The notes: generated from the letters alone by a model not told the origin. A stretch of 63,088 nt of DNA from an uncultured Novosphingobium sp. (GCA_964343385.1 CAYFJH010000001.1:1-63088); one strand, 5' to 3'. Shown: positions 8,061-19,274, counted from the stretch's first letter. Numbers and translations are program-made.

Positions 8061-8906
8061 ATGACCATTGATGAAGATATCGACCGTGCGCTCGACTGGC
8101 GGGGGAAAGTAATCCGCTGCCGGGAATGCGACCATGCCGCCCGCAACAGCGAAGGCCTGTGCGTCAAAGGGAAGTCCTGCATTCGCGATCGCCGCGCCCG
8201 GCGCGTCGATCGCTTTCTGCAGGAAAATCGCGATCTGGCGGACAGCTACCTCGACCACCCCTATTTCGAGGTTCGGGCCTGTGCCGCACAGTATGCTAGC
8301 GTTTTCCATCTGCCGCCGCTGCTGGACGATCCCGAACCCGAGGTGCGCGCGGTGACGACGATGCGGCTGCCGGCCGAGCGCATCTGCAAGATGGCCTTCG
8401 ACGAAGATACGCGCGTTCGCGTCGCCGCCGCTGCCCGACTTCAGGGAGCCGATCTCATCCCCCTTGTCAGCGATACGGAATATATGGTGCGGATCACTGT
8501 GGTGCGGAAGATGCCGCCCGAAATGCTCCCGCTGGTGCGCAACGATCCCGATCCGGAAGTGCGGGTATGGGTCGCCCGCCGCATAGATTTGCGCGCGTTG
8601 CCGGACATGACATTCGATGTGGACGCGCTGGTGCGGCGCGAAGTGGCTGCGCGCCTGCCCATCGACCAATTGCCGGTCATGTTGCGGGATGGCGACATGC
8701 GGGTGCGCTTCACCGTGGCCGAGCGGATCGCCGAGGAAGACCTGTTCGCGCTGCTGGACGATGAAGAATGCGTCATTCGCGAACTTGCCCAAGAACGAAT
8801 TGCCAATGTCCCCGAACTTGCCGCGCGCCTTGCCAGATACAACGGCAAGCCAGCGCTGTCCGTCGTCAGCAATGACGTCGACCCCCACGAGGAGTCCAAG
8901 TCATGA
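8061..8906 (+). CDS. LRV FeS4-cluster leucine-rich-variant repeat protein
   Basis: N-terminal CRECDH..C..GKSC; repeated DPxxxVR..VA.R units. Confidence 0.85.
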   Translation: MTIDEDIDRALDWRGKVIRCRECDHAARNSEGLCVKGKSCIRDRRARRVDRFLQENRDLADSYLDHPYFEVRACAAQYASVFHLPPLLDDPEPEVRAVTTMRLPAERICKMAFDEDTRVRVAAAARLQGADLIPLVSDTEYMVRITVVRKMPPEMLPLVRNDPDPEVRVWVARRIDLRALPDMTFDVDALVRREVAARLPIDQLPVMLRDGDMRVRFTVAERIAEEDLFALLDDEECVIRELAQERIANVPELAARLARYNGKPALSVVSNDVDPHEESKS

Positions 8907-9118
8907 AGGTGATGATCCGCCGTTCCGAAGGCGCGCTTTCGGCCTATGTGCCAAAGAAGGATCTGGAGGAGCCGATCGTCGAGACCGAGTTTGAAACACT
9001 CTGGGGCGGATGGGCCAGGCTTGGGAACGGCTGGGTGCTGCATCTGCCGGAAATGGCCGAGGACACCAAATTGCCGATCACCGTGAATGCCCGCAAGACC
9101 GGCGGCGAGGAAGACTGA
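8903..9118 (+). CDS. nifT: NifT/FixU
   Basis: MKVMIRR..YVPKKDLEEPIV..WGG..L.NGW..LPITV. Confidence 0.92.
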   Translation: MKVMIRRSEGALSAYVPKKDLEEPIVETEFETLWGGWARLGNGWVLHLPEMAEDTKLPITVNARKTGGEED

Positions 9119-9119
9119 C

Positions 9120-9962
9120 ATGACCACGACATTGATCAACCCGCAAGTGGCGCTGGATGAAGCCATCGCCGATCTGTGTGCCGGAAATCTGGTTCCCTAT
9201 ATCGGGCCGGGCGTATCGGCGCTGCACAGTCAGCAGGTTCCGCTTTCGCCCGAGGAACTGGCCGACTGGTTTGCGACGAAGGTTGCGCTGCCCAAGCGCG
9301 CAAAGGGCAATGCCTGGGCTGCCGCGCAGCACATCGAAAGCTACAAGCACCGCAACACCGTGACCGCGCTGATGCGCGAGGCCTTTGCCGTAACGGTTGC
9401 GCCTTCGGCAATCCATGCGCACCTTGCCACCCTGGGCCTGCCGCTGATCGTCGACGCATGGTATGCGGGCGAAATGCGCCAGGCCCTCGCCGGTCGTGAT
9501 GACTGGATCGAGGTGCAGGGCATCACCCGTGCAGGGATTGGCGAAGACCGCTGGTTCAAGTTCTACAGTCCGGATGGCAGCGACGCCGATGCACAGTCCG
9601 CACGCAACGCCGCAACCCTGCTTTATACGCCGCACGGCAGCGTGGCCCCCGCGGGAAATTTCCTGATTTCGGATGCGGATTACGTCGAGGTCTTGACCGA
9701 AATCGATATCCAGACGCCGATCCCTGAGGAAGTGCGCCGTCGCCGGACGGGCAAGTCGTTCCTGTTCCTCGGCTGCCGCTTCAACGACCAGTTGCTGCGC
9801 AGCTATGCCCGCCAGATCGTCAAGCGATCGGCCGATCCGCACTTCGCCGTGGTCGATTGCACTGCGCTGACGCGCAACGAGCGCGCGTTCCTTGACGAAC
9901 AGAACATTACCCCGATCGACATGCCGCTCGCCGATGCGCTGGAGCGTTTCACTACCGCATGA
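9120..9962 (+). CDS. SIR2-like family protein (nif-associated)
   Basis: VPYIGPGVS, PHGS, ISDADY, FLFLGCRFND Rossmann/SIR2_2 motifs. Confidence 0.8.
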   Translation: MTTTLINPQVALDEAIADLCAGNLVPYIGPGVSALHSQQVPLSPEELADWFATKVALPKRAKGNAWAAAQHIESYKHRNTVTALMREAFAVTVAPSAIHAHLATLGLPLIVDAWYAGEMRQALAGRDDWIEVQGITRAGIGEDRWFKFYSPDGSDADAQSARNAATLLYTPHGSVAPAGNFLISDADYVEVLTEIDIQTPIPEEVRRRRTGKSFLFLGCRFNDQLLRSYARQIVKRSADPHFAVVDCTALTRNERAFLDEQNITPIDMPLADALERFTTA

Positions 9963-10013
9963 ACGACGACGCACTGACCCTGCCGCGAGCGCCTGCAACC
10001 CGTTTGCGCGTAC

Positions 10014-10047
10014 AGCGCCCCGCAACGCCCGGCGGGGCGCTTTTTTT
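10014..10047 (+). terminator. rho-independent terminator
   Basis: AGCGCCCCGC..GCGGGGCGCT followed by a T-tract. Confidence 0.85.
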
Positions 10048-10050
10048 GTG

Positions 10051-10179
10051 TGTGACCTTCACGACAAATCACCCGACATTGGCCGGAAAACCCCGCGTCA
10101 CCATTGCAACAAACCAATGTCGCGACGCAGCATAGGGCCAGAAATCCGACGCAAAACCGCAACTGGCACGGCCATTGCT
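10051..10179 (+). promoter_or_regulatory. NifA UAS plus sigma54 promoter of nifB operon
   Basis: TGT-N10-ACA at 10051-10066; TGGCAC-ggcca-TTGCT at 10164-10179. Confidence 0.9.
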
Positions 10180-10234
10180 TTTCCAATGATCATGCGGGAT
10201 CAGCCCAGTGAACCCGGCCCATCGAGGAGCACTT

Positions 10235-11803
10235 ATGACCGACCTTGGACATGACATCACTCGCGCCTTGGGCAATGACGACGGCGTTGTCGATATTGCG
10301 GACATCATGCAGCAGGTTGCAGACCACAAGGGTTGCGGCACCAGCAGCGAAGGCGGCAAGGCCAGTTGCGGTTCCTCCGGCGGGCCAGAGGACATGCCGC
10401 CCGAGATTTGGGAGAAGGTGAAGAACCATCCCTGCTACAGCGAAGAAGCCCACCACCACTATGCACGCATGCACGTGGCTGTGGCACCCGCGTGCAACAT
10501 CCAGTGCAATTACTGCAACCGCAAGTACGATTGCGCCAACGAAAGCCGCCCCGGCGTCGTTTCCGAACGGCTGACGCCCGAGCAGGCGTCGCGCAAGGTG
10601 CTGGCCGTCGCTTCCACCATTCCGCAGATGACGGTGCTGGGCATTGCCGGACCCGGCGATCCGCTGGCCAACCCGGCCAAGACGTTCGAGACCTTTCGTC
10701 TGATCGCGGAAACCGCACCGGACATAAAGCTGTGCCTTTCGACCAACGGCCTGGCCCTGCCCGATTGGGTGGACGAGATCGCGAAGTACAAGGTCGATCA
10801 CGTGACGATCACCATCAACATGGTCGATCCCGAAGTGGGCCAGCATATCTACCCCTGGATCTTCTGGAAGAACAAGCGGCTGACCGGATATGAAGCCGCC
10901 AAGATCCTGACCGAACGGCAAATGCTGGGTCTGGAGATGCTGACCGAGCGCGGCATCCTGGCCAAGATCAACTCGGTGATGATCCCCGGCATCAACGATC
11001 ATCACCTTGTCGAAGTGAACCGTGCGGTGAAATCGCGCGGGGCGTTCCTGCACAATATCATGCCGCTCATTTCCGCGCCGGAACACGGCACGGTGTTCGG
11101 CCTCAACGGCCAGCGTGGCCCGAGCGCGCAGGAACTGAAGGCTCTGCAGGACAGCTGCGAAGGCGAAATGAACATGATGCGGCACTGCCGCCAGTGTCGC
11201 GCTGATGCCGTGGGCCTGCTGGGCGAGGATCGTTCAGCCGAATTCTCAACCGAGAAGATCATGGAAATGGAAGTCAACTACGACTCAGCAGGTCGCGCCG
11301 CATACCAGCAGACGGTAGAAGCCGAACGCTTGGCCAAGGTTGCAGCGCGCGAGGAAGAACTTGCCGGGCTGGACGGCGCAAAGGACATCAGCCTGCTGGT
11401 TGCCGTGGCGACCAAGGGCCACGGCGTTATCAACGAACACTTCGGCCACGCCAAGGAGTTCCAGGTTTACGAGCTTTCCGCAGGCGGGGCCAAGTTCGTC
11501 GGCCATCGCCGCGTCGATCTCTATTGCCAGGGCGGCTTCGGCGAAGAGGATGCGCTGGGCACGGTGATTGAGGCGATCAACGATTGCCACGCCGTGTTCG
11601 TCGCCAAGATCGGCGGCTGTCCCAAGGCCGATCTGGCCGCAGCCGGGATCGATCCGGTCGACCAGTATGCGCACGAATACATCGAGAAATCGGCGCTGAT
11701 CTGGTTCAAGGATTACCTTGCCAAGGTTGCCTCTGGCGATATCGTCCATGCGGAACGGGGCGATGCCTCGATCCGGCAGGGCGCGCTGATCTCGGTGGCC
11801 TGA
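10235..11803 (+). CDS. nifB: FeMo-cofactor biosynthesis radical SAM protein NifB
   Basis: [19 protein letters not shown]-terminal NifX-like domain (HFGHA). Confidence 0.98.
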   Translation: MTDLGHDITRALGNDDGVVDIADIMQQVADHKGCGTSSEGGKASCGSSGGPEDMPPEIWEKVKNHPCYSEEAHHHYARMHVAVAPACNIQCNYCNRKYDCANESRPGVVSERLTPEQASRKVLAVASTIPQMTVLGIAGPGDPLANPAKTFETFRLIAETAPDIKLCLSTNGLALPDWVDEIAKYKVDHVTITINMVDPEVGQHIYPWIFWKNKRLTGYEAAKILTERQMLGLEMLTERGILAKINSVMIPGINDHHLVEVNRAVKSRGAFLHNIMPLISAPEHGTVFGLNGQRGPSAQELKALQDSCEGEMNMMRHCRQCRADAVGLLGEDRSAEFSTEKIMEMEVNYDSAGRAAYQQTVEAERLAKVAAREEELAGLDGAKDISLLVAVATKGHGVINEHFGHAKEFQVYELSAGGAKFVGHRRVDLYCQGGFGEEDALGTVIEAINDCHAVFVAKIGGCPKADLAAAGIDPVDQYAHEYIEKSALIWFKDYLAKVASGDIVHAERGDASIRQGALISVA

Positions 11804-11806
11804 GCC

Positions 11807-12028
11807 ATGGCTTTCAAGATCATCGGATCACAATGCACGAACTGCACCGCCTGCGAAGCGCTGTGTCCGAACACGGCGATCTCGGAAAAGGGCGACACCT
11901 TCGTGATCGACCCGGCGCTGTGCACCGAGTGCATCGGACATTTCGACGAACCGCAATGCGTGGCGATCTGCCCCGTGGACAACACCTGCGTCGTGGATGG
12001 ATCGGTGCCCCGGTACGTGGCCAGTTGA
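11807..12028 (+). CDS. fdxN: 2[4Fe-4S] ferredoxin FdxN
   Basis: [25 protein letters not shown]; immediately after nifB. Confidence 0.9.
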   Translation: MAFKIIGSQCTNCTACEALCPNTAISEKGDTFVIDPALCTECIGHFDEPQCVAICPVDNTCVVDGSVPRYVAS

Positions 12029-12042
12029 AGGACAAGACGGAC

Positions 12043-12360
12043 ATGAACCTGACGATTACCCGTGCCGCCGCCCGCTTCATTCGCATGTCATTGCTGGCCG
12101 ATGGCAATACCGACAGTGGCTTCATGCTTTCAGTCAAGCCCGGCGGTTGTTCAGGCCTTTTCGCCGATGTGGGCGTTGCGGCGGCACCGGCAGAAGGGGA
12201 GCGGGCCGTCGTGATCGATGGCCTGCGCCTGTTCCTCAATGCCCAAAGCCGCATCCTGCTGGATGGCGTGACCGTGGATTTCGAGGATACCATGACCACG
12301 CAGGGGCTCGTGTTCCATGATCCGAAGCAGGTCGCCTGCTCCGCCAGCAGCGCGGCCTGA
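12043..12360 (+). CDS. HesB/IscA-family A-type Fe-S carrier (IscN-like)
   Basis: LTIT.AAA.FI, GGCSG, LDGVTVDF. Confidence 0.85.
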   Translation: MNLTITRAAARFIRMSLLADGNTDSGFMLSVKPGGCSGLFADVGVAAAPAEGERAVVIDGLRLFLNAQSRILLDGVTVDFEDTMTTQGLVFHDPKQVACSASSAA

Positions 12361-12375
12361 GCGGCAGAGGCACCG

Positions 12376-12918
12376 ATGACCAACTCCGCTCTCGACGGGA
12401 TCGTCGGCCCCAACAGCGACTTGCAGGACGCAATCGCGTCCAGCCCGTTGCTGGGCGGCGGACTGCCTGCCGAGGCACATCGCCATCTCGAAAAGGCGGC
12501 GATGTGCTATCAACTGACGGACGTTGCCGAGACGCATCTGCGTGCCGCCGATGCCCTCGCGCCCGGTCACGCGGCGGTGCTGATCGCGTTCTACCGGTTC
12601 TATTTCTACAAGGGCCAGTTGTTCCACGCGCTGCAGATTTCACGCGCGTGCATCGCCAAGGCCTTGCGCGAAAACGTGCTGGGCGATGACTGGCACGACG
12701 TGCGGCCCGACGATGCCGCGTTCGGTGAATGGGATGCACTGGTCCCGCGCTTTTTCCTCTTCTCGCTCAAGGGCTATGCCTATCTCAACATGCGGCTCGG
12801 CTACTTTGCCGAAGGTCGCGTTGCCGCCGCCAAGCTGCTCGAACTCGATCCGCGCGACCGCATCGGCGCGCAATTGCTGATCGACGTTCTCGACCGGATG
12901 GAGTTCGACGATGAGTAA
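12376..12918 (+). CDS. nif-associated helical (TPR-like) hypothetical protein
   Basis: RBS, operonic position; YRFYFYKG and PRFFLFSLKGYAY helical repeats. Confidence 0.7.
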   Translation: MTNSALDGIVGPNSDLQDAIASSPLLGGGLPAEAHRHLEKAAMCYQLTDVAETHLRAADALAPGHAAVLIAFYRFYFYKGQLFHALQISRACIAKALRENVLGDDWHDVRPDDAAFGEWDALVPRFFLFSLKGYAYLNMRLGYFAEGRVAAAKLLELDPRDRIGAQLLIDVLDRMEFDDE

Positions 12919-13240
12919 CATCGTACGCGACAGCGAAGTGGTGGAACTGACCGCCCCGCCCTTTTTCAACTATGGCGACAAGGTGAGCGCGCGGCGCACG
13001 GTGCGCAACGATGGCACATATGCGGGCAAGGAAATCGGCGACATCCTCGTCACCAAGGGCGAGGAAGGCTTCGTCGTGTCGATCGGTACGTTCCTGCAGC
13101 AATTCTATATCTATGGCGTGGAATTTCTCGGCAGCGGCAACCGCGTGGGGATGAAGCGCAAGGAACTCGTCGCAATAGAAACGGCCGACGATCTGGAAAT
13201 CCCGCTGCCGTCTTCCGGCCTTCGAAAGGGAGCATCCTGA
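12911..13240 (+). CDS. nifZ: NifZ
   Basis: VRNDGTYAG..GEEGFV.SIGTFLQ..IY.VEF..VGMK.KEL. Confidence 0.93.
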   Translation: MSNIVRDSEVVELTAPPFFNYGDKVSARRTVRNDGTYAGKEIGDILVTKGEEGFVVSIGTFLQQFYIYGVEFLGSGNRVGMKRKELVAIETADDLEIPLPSSGLRKGAS

Positions 13241-13479
13241 TGTTCGACTTGCGCCAGCCAATCTACCACAATGGACAAGCCGTCCGCGCCGCCATCGATC
13301 TGGTAAACGATGGCAGTCACCCTGATGCGCTCGCCGACGCGCTGCTGGTCCCGCTGGGGACGAGCGGCGAAATCGTGAACGTCGGCCATCACGGCGAAAG
13401 CAACACCCCGGTCTACCTCGTGGACTTCGATGCGCGTGTCGTCATCGGGTGCCTTGAGGAAGAACTGGAACCGGCGTGA
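13240..13479 (+). CDS. nifZ: second, short NifZ-family protein
   Basis: DLVNDGSHP..G..GEIV.VG..VYLVDF..VIGC.EEEL. Confidence 0.8.
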   Translation: MFDLRQPIYHNGQAVRAAIDLVNDGSHPDALADALLVPLGTSGEIVNVGHHGESNTPVYLVDFDARVVIGCLEEELEPA

Positions 13480-13529
13480 GGGCGGCGGCGATGTCTGTAG
13501 CGCCCTGCTGGCAGGAACGCGAAGCGGCC

Positions 13530-13852
13530 ATGCCGCGCCATCCCAACGAGATGGATTTGCGCCGGATCGAACGCGCGATCGCGGGCCGTCAGCGCTATAA
13601 ATACGTGCAGCCGCGCGTGCTCGCTCATGACGAAGGCTACCTCGTGCGGTCGCCGTGCTGTTCGCGCAATGTCGATGCCGATGGCGCCGAAATAGATGTG
13701 GCGTGTTGGCGTGGAGCGAGGCCAATTCAGGCTGGACCCTGTTCCGCCGCGATCACACGGCGCAGGCGTGGATCTGCGACAGCCGCTTTGCCCGCCTGCC
13801 CGATCTGTTCGAACGGCTTAACACCGATCCGGACCGGGTGTTCTGGCAATGA
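13530..13852 (+). pseudogene. DUF3024-like nif-associated protein, frameshifted near 13703
   Basis: HPNEMDLRRIERA..RYKYVQP..SPCCSRNVD..IDVA in one frame, LAWSE..DPDRVFWQ in the next. Confidence 0.7.
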
Positions 13853-13868
13853 CCGGGAGGCACCCGAC

Positions 13869-14141
13869 ATGAGATTGACTCAACAGACGCTGGCAACAGT
13901 GGACGCCATGCTGCGCAGCAATTCCGGGAGCACGCGGGAAATCCGCACGTTGCTGCAGGAACAGTGTGCGGGCCTGCCGATCATGCTGTGCGATGCGTCA
14001 GACGTGCTGGAAGAACCGTATCGCAACTACGGCAATGTATATCTGCATCTTGTCGATGTGCGCGGCCACTGCACGGTGATGACCGCCGATCCGGATGCTG
14101 CCACCGGCATCCTGCTGGCATCGGGGAGCACCCCGCCATGA
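13869..14141 (+). CDS. small nif-associated protein (DUF6129-like)
   Basis: RBS GGAGG; CDASDV..LVD..GHC..T.DP..ATG..LA. Confidence 0.7.
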   Translation: MRLTQQTLATVDAMLRSNSGSTREIRTLLQEQCAGLPIMLCDASDVLEEPYRNYGNVYLHLVDVRGHCTVMTADPDAATGILLASGSTPP

Positions 14142-15343
14142 GTACGCCGCTGACTCTTGTTCCGCAAGCCGATGAGATGCCGCAAAACATGGCTGCGGGC
14201 GAAGGCTGGATTGTCCAGACTGACCCTGACCTGTCCGAAGGCGATCTTGCGGCTGTGGACAAAGTTCTGCGCGGATCGCATCTGGGCGCTGGCGAAGTGG
14301 TCTTGCGGCTGGAAGCAGCGTTTGCCGCCTATGCCGGGCGCACTTATGCCATCGCCGTATCGAGCGGAACGATGGGCCTGTACCTGACATTGCTGGGCCT
14401 GAAAGTCGGCCCCAGAGACGAGGTGATCCTTCCGGCGCACGGATGGTGCGAAACCGGCCATGCCGTCGCCCTCACCGGCGCCACGCCGGTGTTTGCCGAC
14501 ATCGATTACTGGGCGGGCACACTGGCACCCGACAAGGCGGCGGCGAAGATCACACCCGCGACCAGGGCAATCGTCGGGGCAAATGCCAACGGTCACCCCG
14601 CCGCATGGCCGGAACTGCGCGCGCTTGCGACCGAACACGGCCTCCACCTGATAGAGGATTCCACCGAAGCCATCGGATCGCGCCACAAGGCCGGCCCTGT
14701 CGGCAGTTTCGGCGATGCCGCGATCTTCGACTTCAGCCAGCCCGGTGTAATTTCCTGTGGCGAAGGCGGCATGGTTGTCACTGACAACATCGACCTTGCC
14801 ATGGCGCTGCGCCGCCGCCGTTCGCGCAGGGCTGACGAACGGCACTCGTTGAGCCTCACCTCTGCCCCACCCTTTCAGGCAGGCATGAGCGACGTGATCG
14901 CCGCGCTGGCCCTGTCGCAACTGCGGCGGATCGACCTGTTGCTGGAACGGCGGCGTAGCGTGCAACTGCTTTACGACCATTTCATCCAGTCCTTCGAAGG
15001 GATCAAGCCGCCCTATATCGCGCCGGATGTGGAGGAGGTTCACTGGTTCCTCTATGTCGTGCACCTTGGCACCCGCTTCACGCGGTCTGCGCGCGACCAG
15101 ATCATCGAGGACATGCGCACCGAGGAGATCGATGTGGCCGCCTATTGCGCGCCGCTTCACCTCCAGGATTTCTACCGGCAGCTCGGATGGAAGAAAAAGG
15201 ACCTGTTCGTCACCGAAAAGGTGGCGGACCGCGCGCTGGCGCTGCCGTTCCACGCGCACCTGACCGAAGACCAGATCGCCTTCATCGTGGGCCGGGCAAA
15301 GGAAAGCTCGATCAATATCGGTGCAGGCACACCAATTTACTGA
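14138..15343 (+). CDS. DegT/DnrJ/EryC1/StrS aminotransferase-fold protein, catalytic Lys absent
   Basis: AVSSGT, GPRDEVI, GATPVFADID, IEDSTEA, GEGGMV; FDFSQPG in place of FSFxxxK. Confidence 0.85.
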   Translation: MSTPLTLVPQADEMPQNMAAGEGWIVQTDPDLSEGDLAAVDKVLRGSHLGAGEVVLRLEAAFAAYAGRTYAIAVSSGTMGLYLTLLGLKVGPRDEVILPAHGWCETGHAVALTGATPVFADIDYWAGTLAPDKAAAKITPATRAIVGANANGHPAAWPELRALATEHGLHLIEDSTEAIGSRHKAGPVGSFGDAAIFDFSQPGVISCGEGGMVVTDNIDLAMALRRRRSRRADERHSLSLTSAPPFQAGMSDVIAALALSQLRRIDLLLERRRSVQLLYDHFIQSFEGIKPPYIAPDVEEVHWFLYVVHLGTRFTRSARDQIIEDMRTEEIDVAAYCAPLHLQDFYRQLGWKKKDLFVTEKVADRALALPFHAHLTEDQIAFIVGRAKESSINIGAGTPIY

Positions 15344-15357
15344 CCCTGGAGGATAGA

Positions 15358-15657
15358 ATGACGACCGTTACCATCATGCCATCGGGCAGCACGATCGAAG
15401 CCAAGGAAGGCGTTTCGCTGCTGTCGCTGATCCTGGCAACCGACGAGAAGATCCAGCACAATTGCGATGGCAAGGCCACCTGCGGCACTTGCCACATCTT
15501 CGTGCTCGAAGGGCGCAAGGGTGTTTCGAAGATCGCGCGCGAAGAAAATGAAAAACTCGATGCCGTCGTCGGCGTCGGTTCGAAATCGCGTCTGGCGTGC
15601 CAGGCCTTCCTGCTCGGCACCGAGGATGTGACCCTCGAAGTGCTGAGCTTCCGCTGA
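15358..15657 (+). CDS. [2Fe-2S] ferredoxin (adrenodoxin type)
   Basis: CDGKATCGTCH..SRLACQ. Confidence 0.9.
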   Translation: MTTVTIMPSGSTIEAKEGVSLLSLILATDEKIQHNCDGKATCGTCHIFVLEGRKGVSKIAREENEKLDAVVGVGSKSRLACQAFLLGTEDVTLEVLSFR

Positions 15658-15673
15658 CAGGAGCGCCGGTCCC

Positions 15674-15910
15674 ATGCCGATGGACGGAGCCGAAATCGAA
15701 CAGCGAATTCAGGGCGCTTTCCCCGACGCCAAAGTGGTCATGGTGGATCTTGCCGGCGACGGCGATCACTGGGCCGCGCGCGTCACCACCGAGGCGTTCC
15801 GGGGCAAGAGCCGCGTCCAGCAGCACAAGCTCGTCTACGCTGCGATCGGCGGTGAACTGGGCGGCGAACTGCACGCGCTTGCGCTCCAGACCTTCCTGCC
15901 GACCGACTAA
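15674..15910 (+). CDS. bolA: BolA-family protein
   Basis: GDGDH, F.GKSRVQQH.LVY, LHALAL.T. Confidence 0.92.
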   Translation: MPMDGAEIEQRIQGAFPDAKVVMVDLAGDGDHWAARVTTEAFRGKSRVQQHKLVYAAIGGELGGELHALALQTFLPTD

Positions 15911-15928
15911 TCAACAGGAGTACATGCC

Positions 15929-16246
15929 ATGGGAACCACCGACCGCATCAGGCAGATCATTGCCGACAACGCCATCGTGCTGTTCATGAAAGGCAATCCG
16001 ACAGCCCCGAAATGCGGGTTTTCGGCAAGTGTCGTCAAGGTCCTCGACGAGATCGGCAGCCCGTATGAGAGCATCGACGTTCTTGCCGATCCGTTCCTGC
16101 GCGACGGCATCAAGGAGTTTTCCGACTGGCCGACCATTCCGCAGCTTTATGTGCGCGGTGAATTTGTCGGCGGCTCAGACATCGTGCGCGAAATGTTCGC
16201 AAGCGGCGAATTGCAGGCCATGGTTGCCGCACCGGCGGCCGGATGA
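15929..16246 (+). CDS. grxD: monothiol glutaredoxin (Grx4)
   Basis: [24 protein letters not shown]. Confidence 0.93.
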   Translation: MGTTDRIRQIIADNAIVLFMKGNPTAPKCGFSASVVKVLDEIGSPYESIDVLADPFLRDGIKEFSDWPTIPQLYVRGEFVGGSDIVREMFASGELQAMVAAPAAG

Positions 16247-16587
16247 TGGAACTGCCCGACGAACTGCCGCAACTCTACAAGCGGCACATCTTCGCATGCG
16301 GAACACAGCGTCCGCCCATGCACCCACGCGGCAGTTGCGGCAATTCGGGTGCACAGCCCCTGTGGGACCGGCTGGGGCAGAAGATCGATGCACTCGGTCT
16401 GGGTTCGGAGGTTGGTTTCACGATCAGCGGATGCCTGGGGTTCTGCTCTGCAGGCCCGCTGATGGTGATCTATCCCGAAGGCGTCTGGTATCGCCCGAAA
16501 TCCGAGGCCGACATCGACACCGTCGTTGCCGAGCATCTCCTAAAGGACGAGCTTGCGCATGAACTTGTCGTGATTCTCAGCCGCTGA
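16243..16587 (+). CDS. thioredoxin-like [2Fe-2S] ferredoxin
   Basis: [28 protein letters not shown]. Confidence 0.88.
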   Translation: MMELPDELPQLYKRHIFACGTQRPPMHPRGSCGNSGAQPLWDRLGQKIDALGLGSEVGFTISGCLGFCSAGPLMVIYPEGVWYRPKSEADIDTVVAEHLLKDELAHELVVILSR

Positions 16588-16591
16588 ACCG

Positions 16592-17083
16592 ATGCACACA
16601 GGAGCCTTCGCCGTGCACAAATCAGTCCGCGCCCTCGCCCCGATACACAGACCGTTACGCACCAGCGCCCGCAACATGCTGCGCGGCACGATCACGTCGA
16701 TCGTCCACGGGCCGATCAGCGCCGAGATCGGGCTGCTGGTCAATGACCGGCTGGTAATCGATGCGATCGTCACCAACGCCAGCGCAGACATGCTGGGGCT
16801 TCGCCCCGGCGGAACGGCCATCGCACTGATCAAATCGACATTCGTCACGCTGGTCCATGACGTGCCGGGCCTGCGCTTGTCCACCCGCAACCAGATCGGC
16901 GGCCGGATCGAGCGCATGATCGAAGGCCAGGTCGAAACCGAAGTCGTCGTCGACATCGGCGGCGGGGCGGAAATCGCCGCCATCGTCGCCAGTTCAAGTG
17001 TCGCCGATCTTGATCTGGCCGTGGGTGCACCAATTCTTGCCTGCATCAAGGCATCGCACATCATCGTCGCCGTCGAGGACTGA
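16592..17083 (+). CDS. tandem TOBE/Mop molybdate-binding protein
   Basis: Two repeats: TSARN.L.G and STRNQI.G, with ALIKS and ACIKASH. Confidence 0.85.
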   Translation: MHTGAFAVHKSVRALAPIHRPLRTSARNMLRGTITSIVHGPISAEIGLLVNDRLVIDAIVTNASADMLGLRPGGTAIALIKSTFVTLVHDVPGLRLSTRNQIGGRIERMIEGQVETEVVVDIGGGAEIAAIVASSSVADLDLAVGAPILACIKASHIIVAVED

Positions 17084-17089
17084 TGCGAC

Positions 17090-17513
17090 CTACACAGGTG
17101 GGAGGCATACGCGCGCGCCTTCGCCATGCGCGCATCCTTCCAGCGGACCTTCGGGCGTTGGCACCGACAGGCCGATAGCGCCATCCACCGCTGCAACATC
17201 GAAGCCGCAGAAACGCCAGTTACCCGCTTCGATCAGCGGTCGGCGGATCAGAAGTGGCTCTGCCAGCAACAGCGCCATGGCAGTATCGCGATCAATAGCC
17301 TCAGGATCGACCGCACCGGATTTGACCGCTGGTGCGGCGCGGTTGAACCACTCGCGTGTGGGCAACTCGCCGAAAAACGCCATCAGCCGATCAGCGGTCC
17401 ACGGCTCGGCCAGAAGGTTGTGCGCTTCCACCGCATGTCAAGCGGCGGCCAGCATCGCTTTTTGACGGGCGTTGGTGACGCACCCCCGGCTTTTCGTAAA
17501 GGCGCACATCCAT
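17090..17513 (-). pseudogene. nifO: ArsC-family nitrogenase-associated protein (NifO-like), disrupted
   Basis: MDVRLYEKPG, +1 G in G5 run (17483-17487), CVTNARQKAMLAAA, TGA at 17438-17440, then HAVEAHNLL..WFNRAAP..LLIRRPL. Confidence 0.8.
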
Positions 17514-17548
17514 TTCGACGGTTCCTGTTTACCAGCCACACACAGGGC

Positions 17549-19263
<1,715 letters not shown>

Positions 19264-19274
19264 CAGTTGGGAGT

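Noticed and set aside
9120..9962. SIR2 anti-phage defence system
   Set aside because: No HerA, pAgo, ThsB or STAND partner; it lies inside a NifA/sigma54 operon
13476..14141. 221-aa fusion protein
   Set aside because: Created by the frameshift near 13703; the downstream gene has its own RBS and ATG at 13869
17438..17440. Selenocysteine or read-through TGA in nifO-like gene
   Set aside because: The position corresponds to Gly rather than Cys, and an upstream frameshift already breaks the gene
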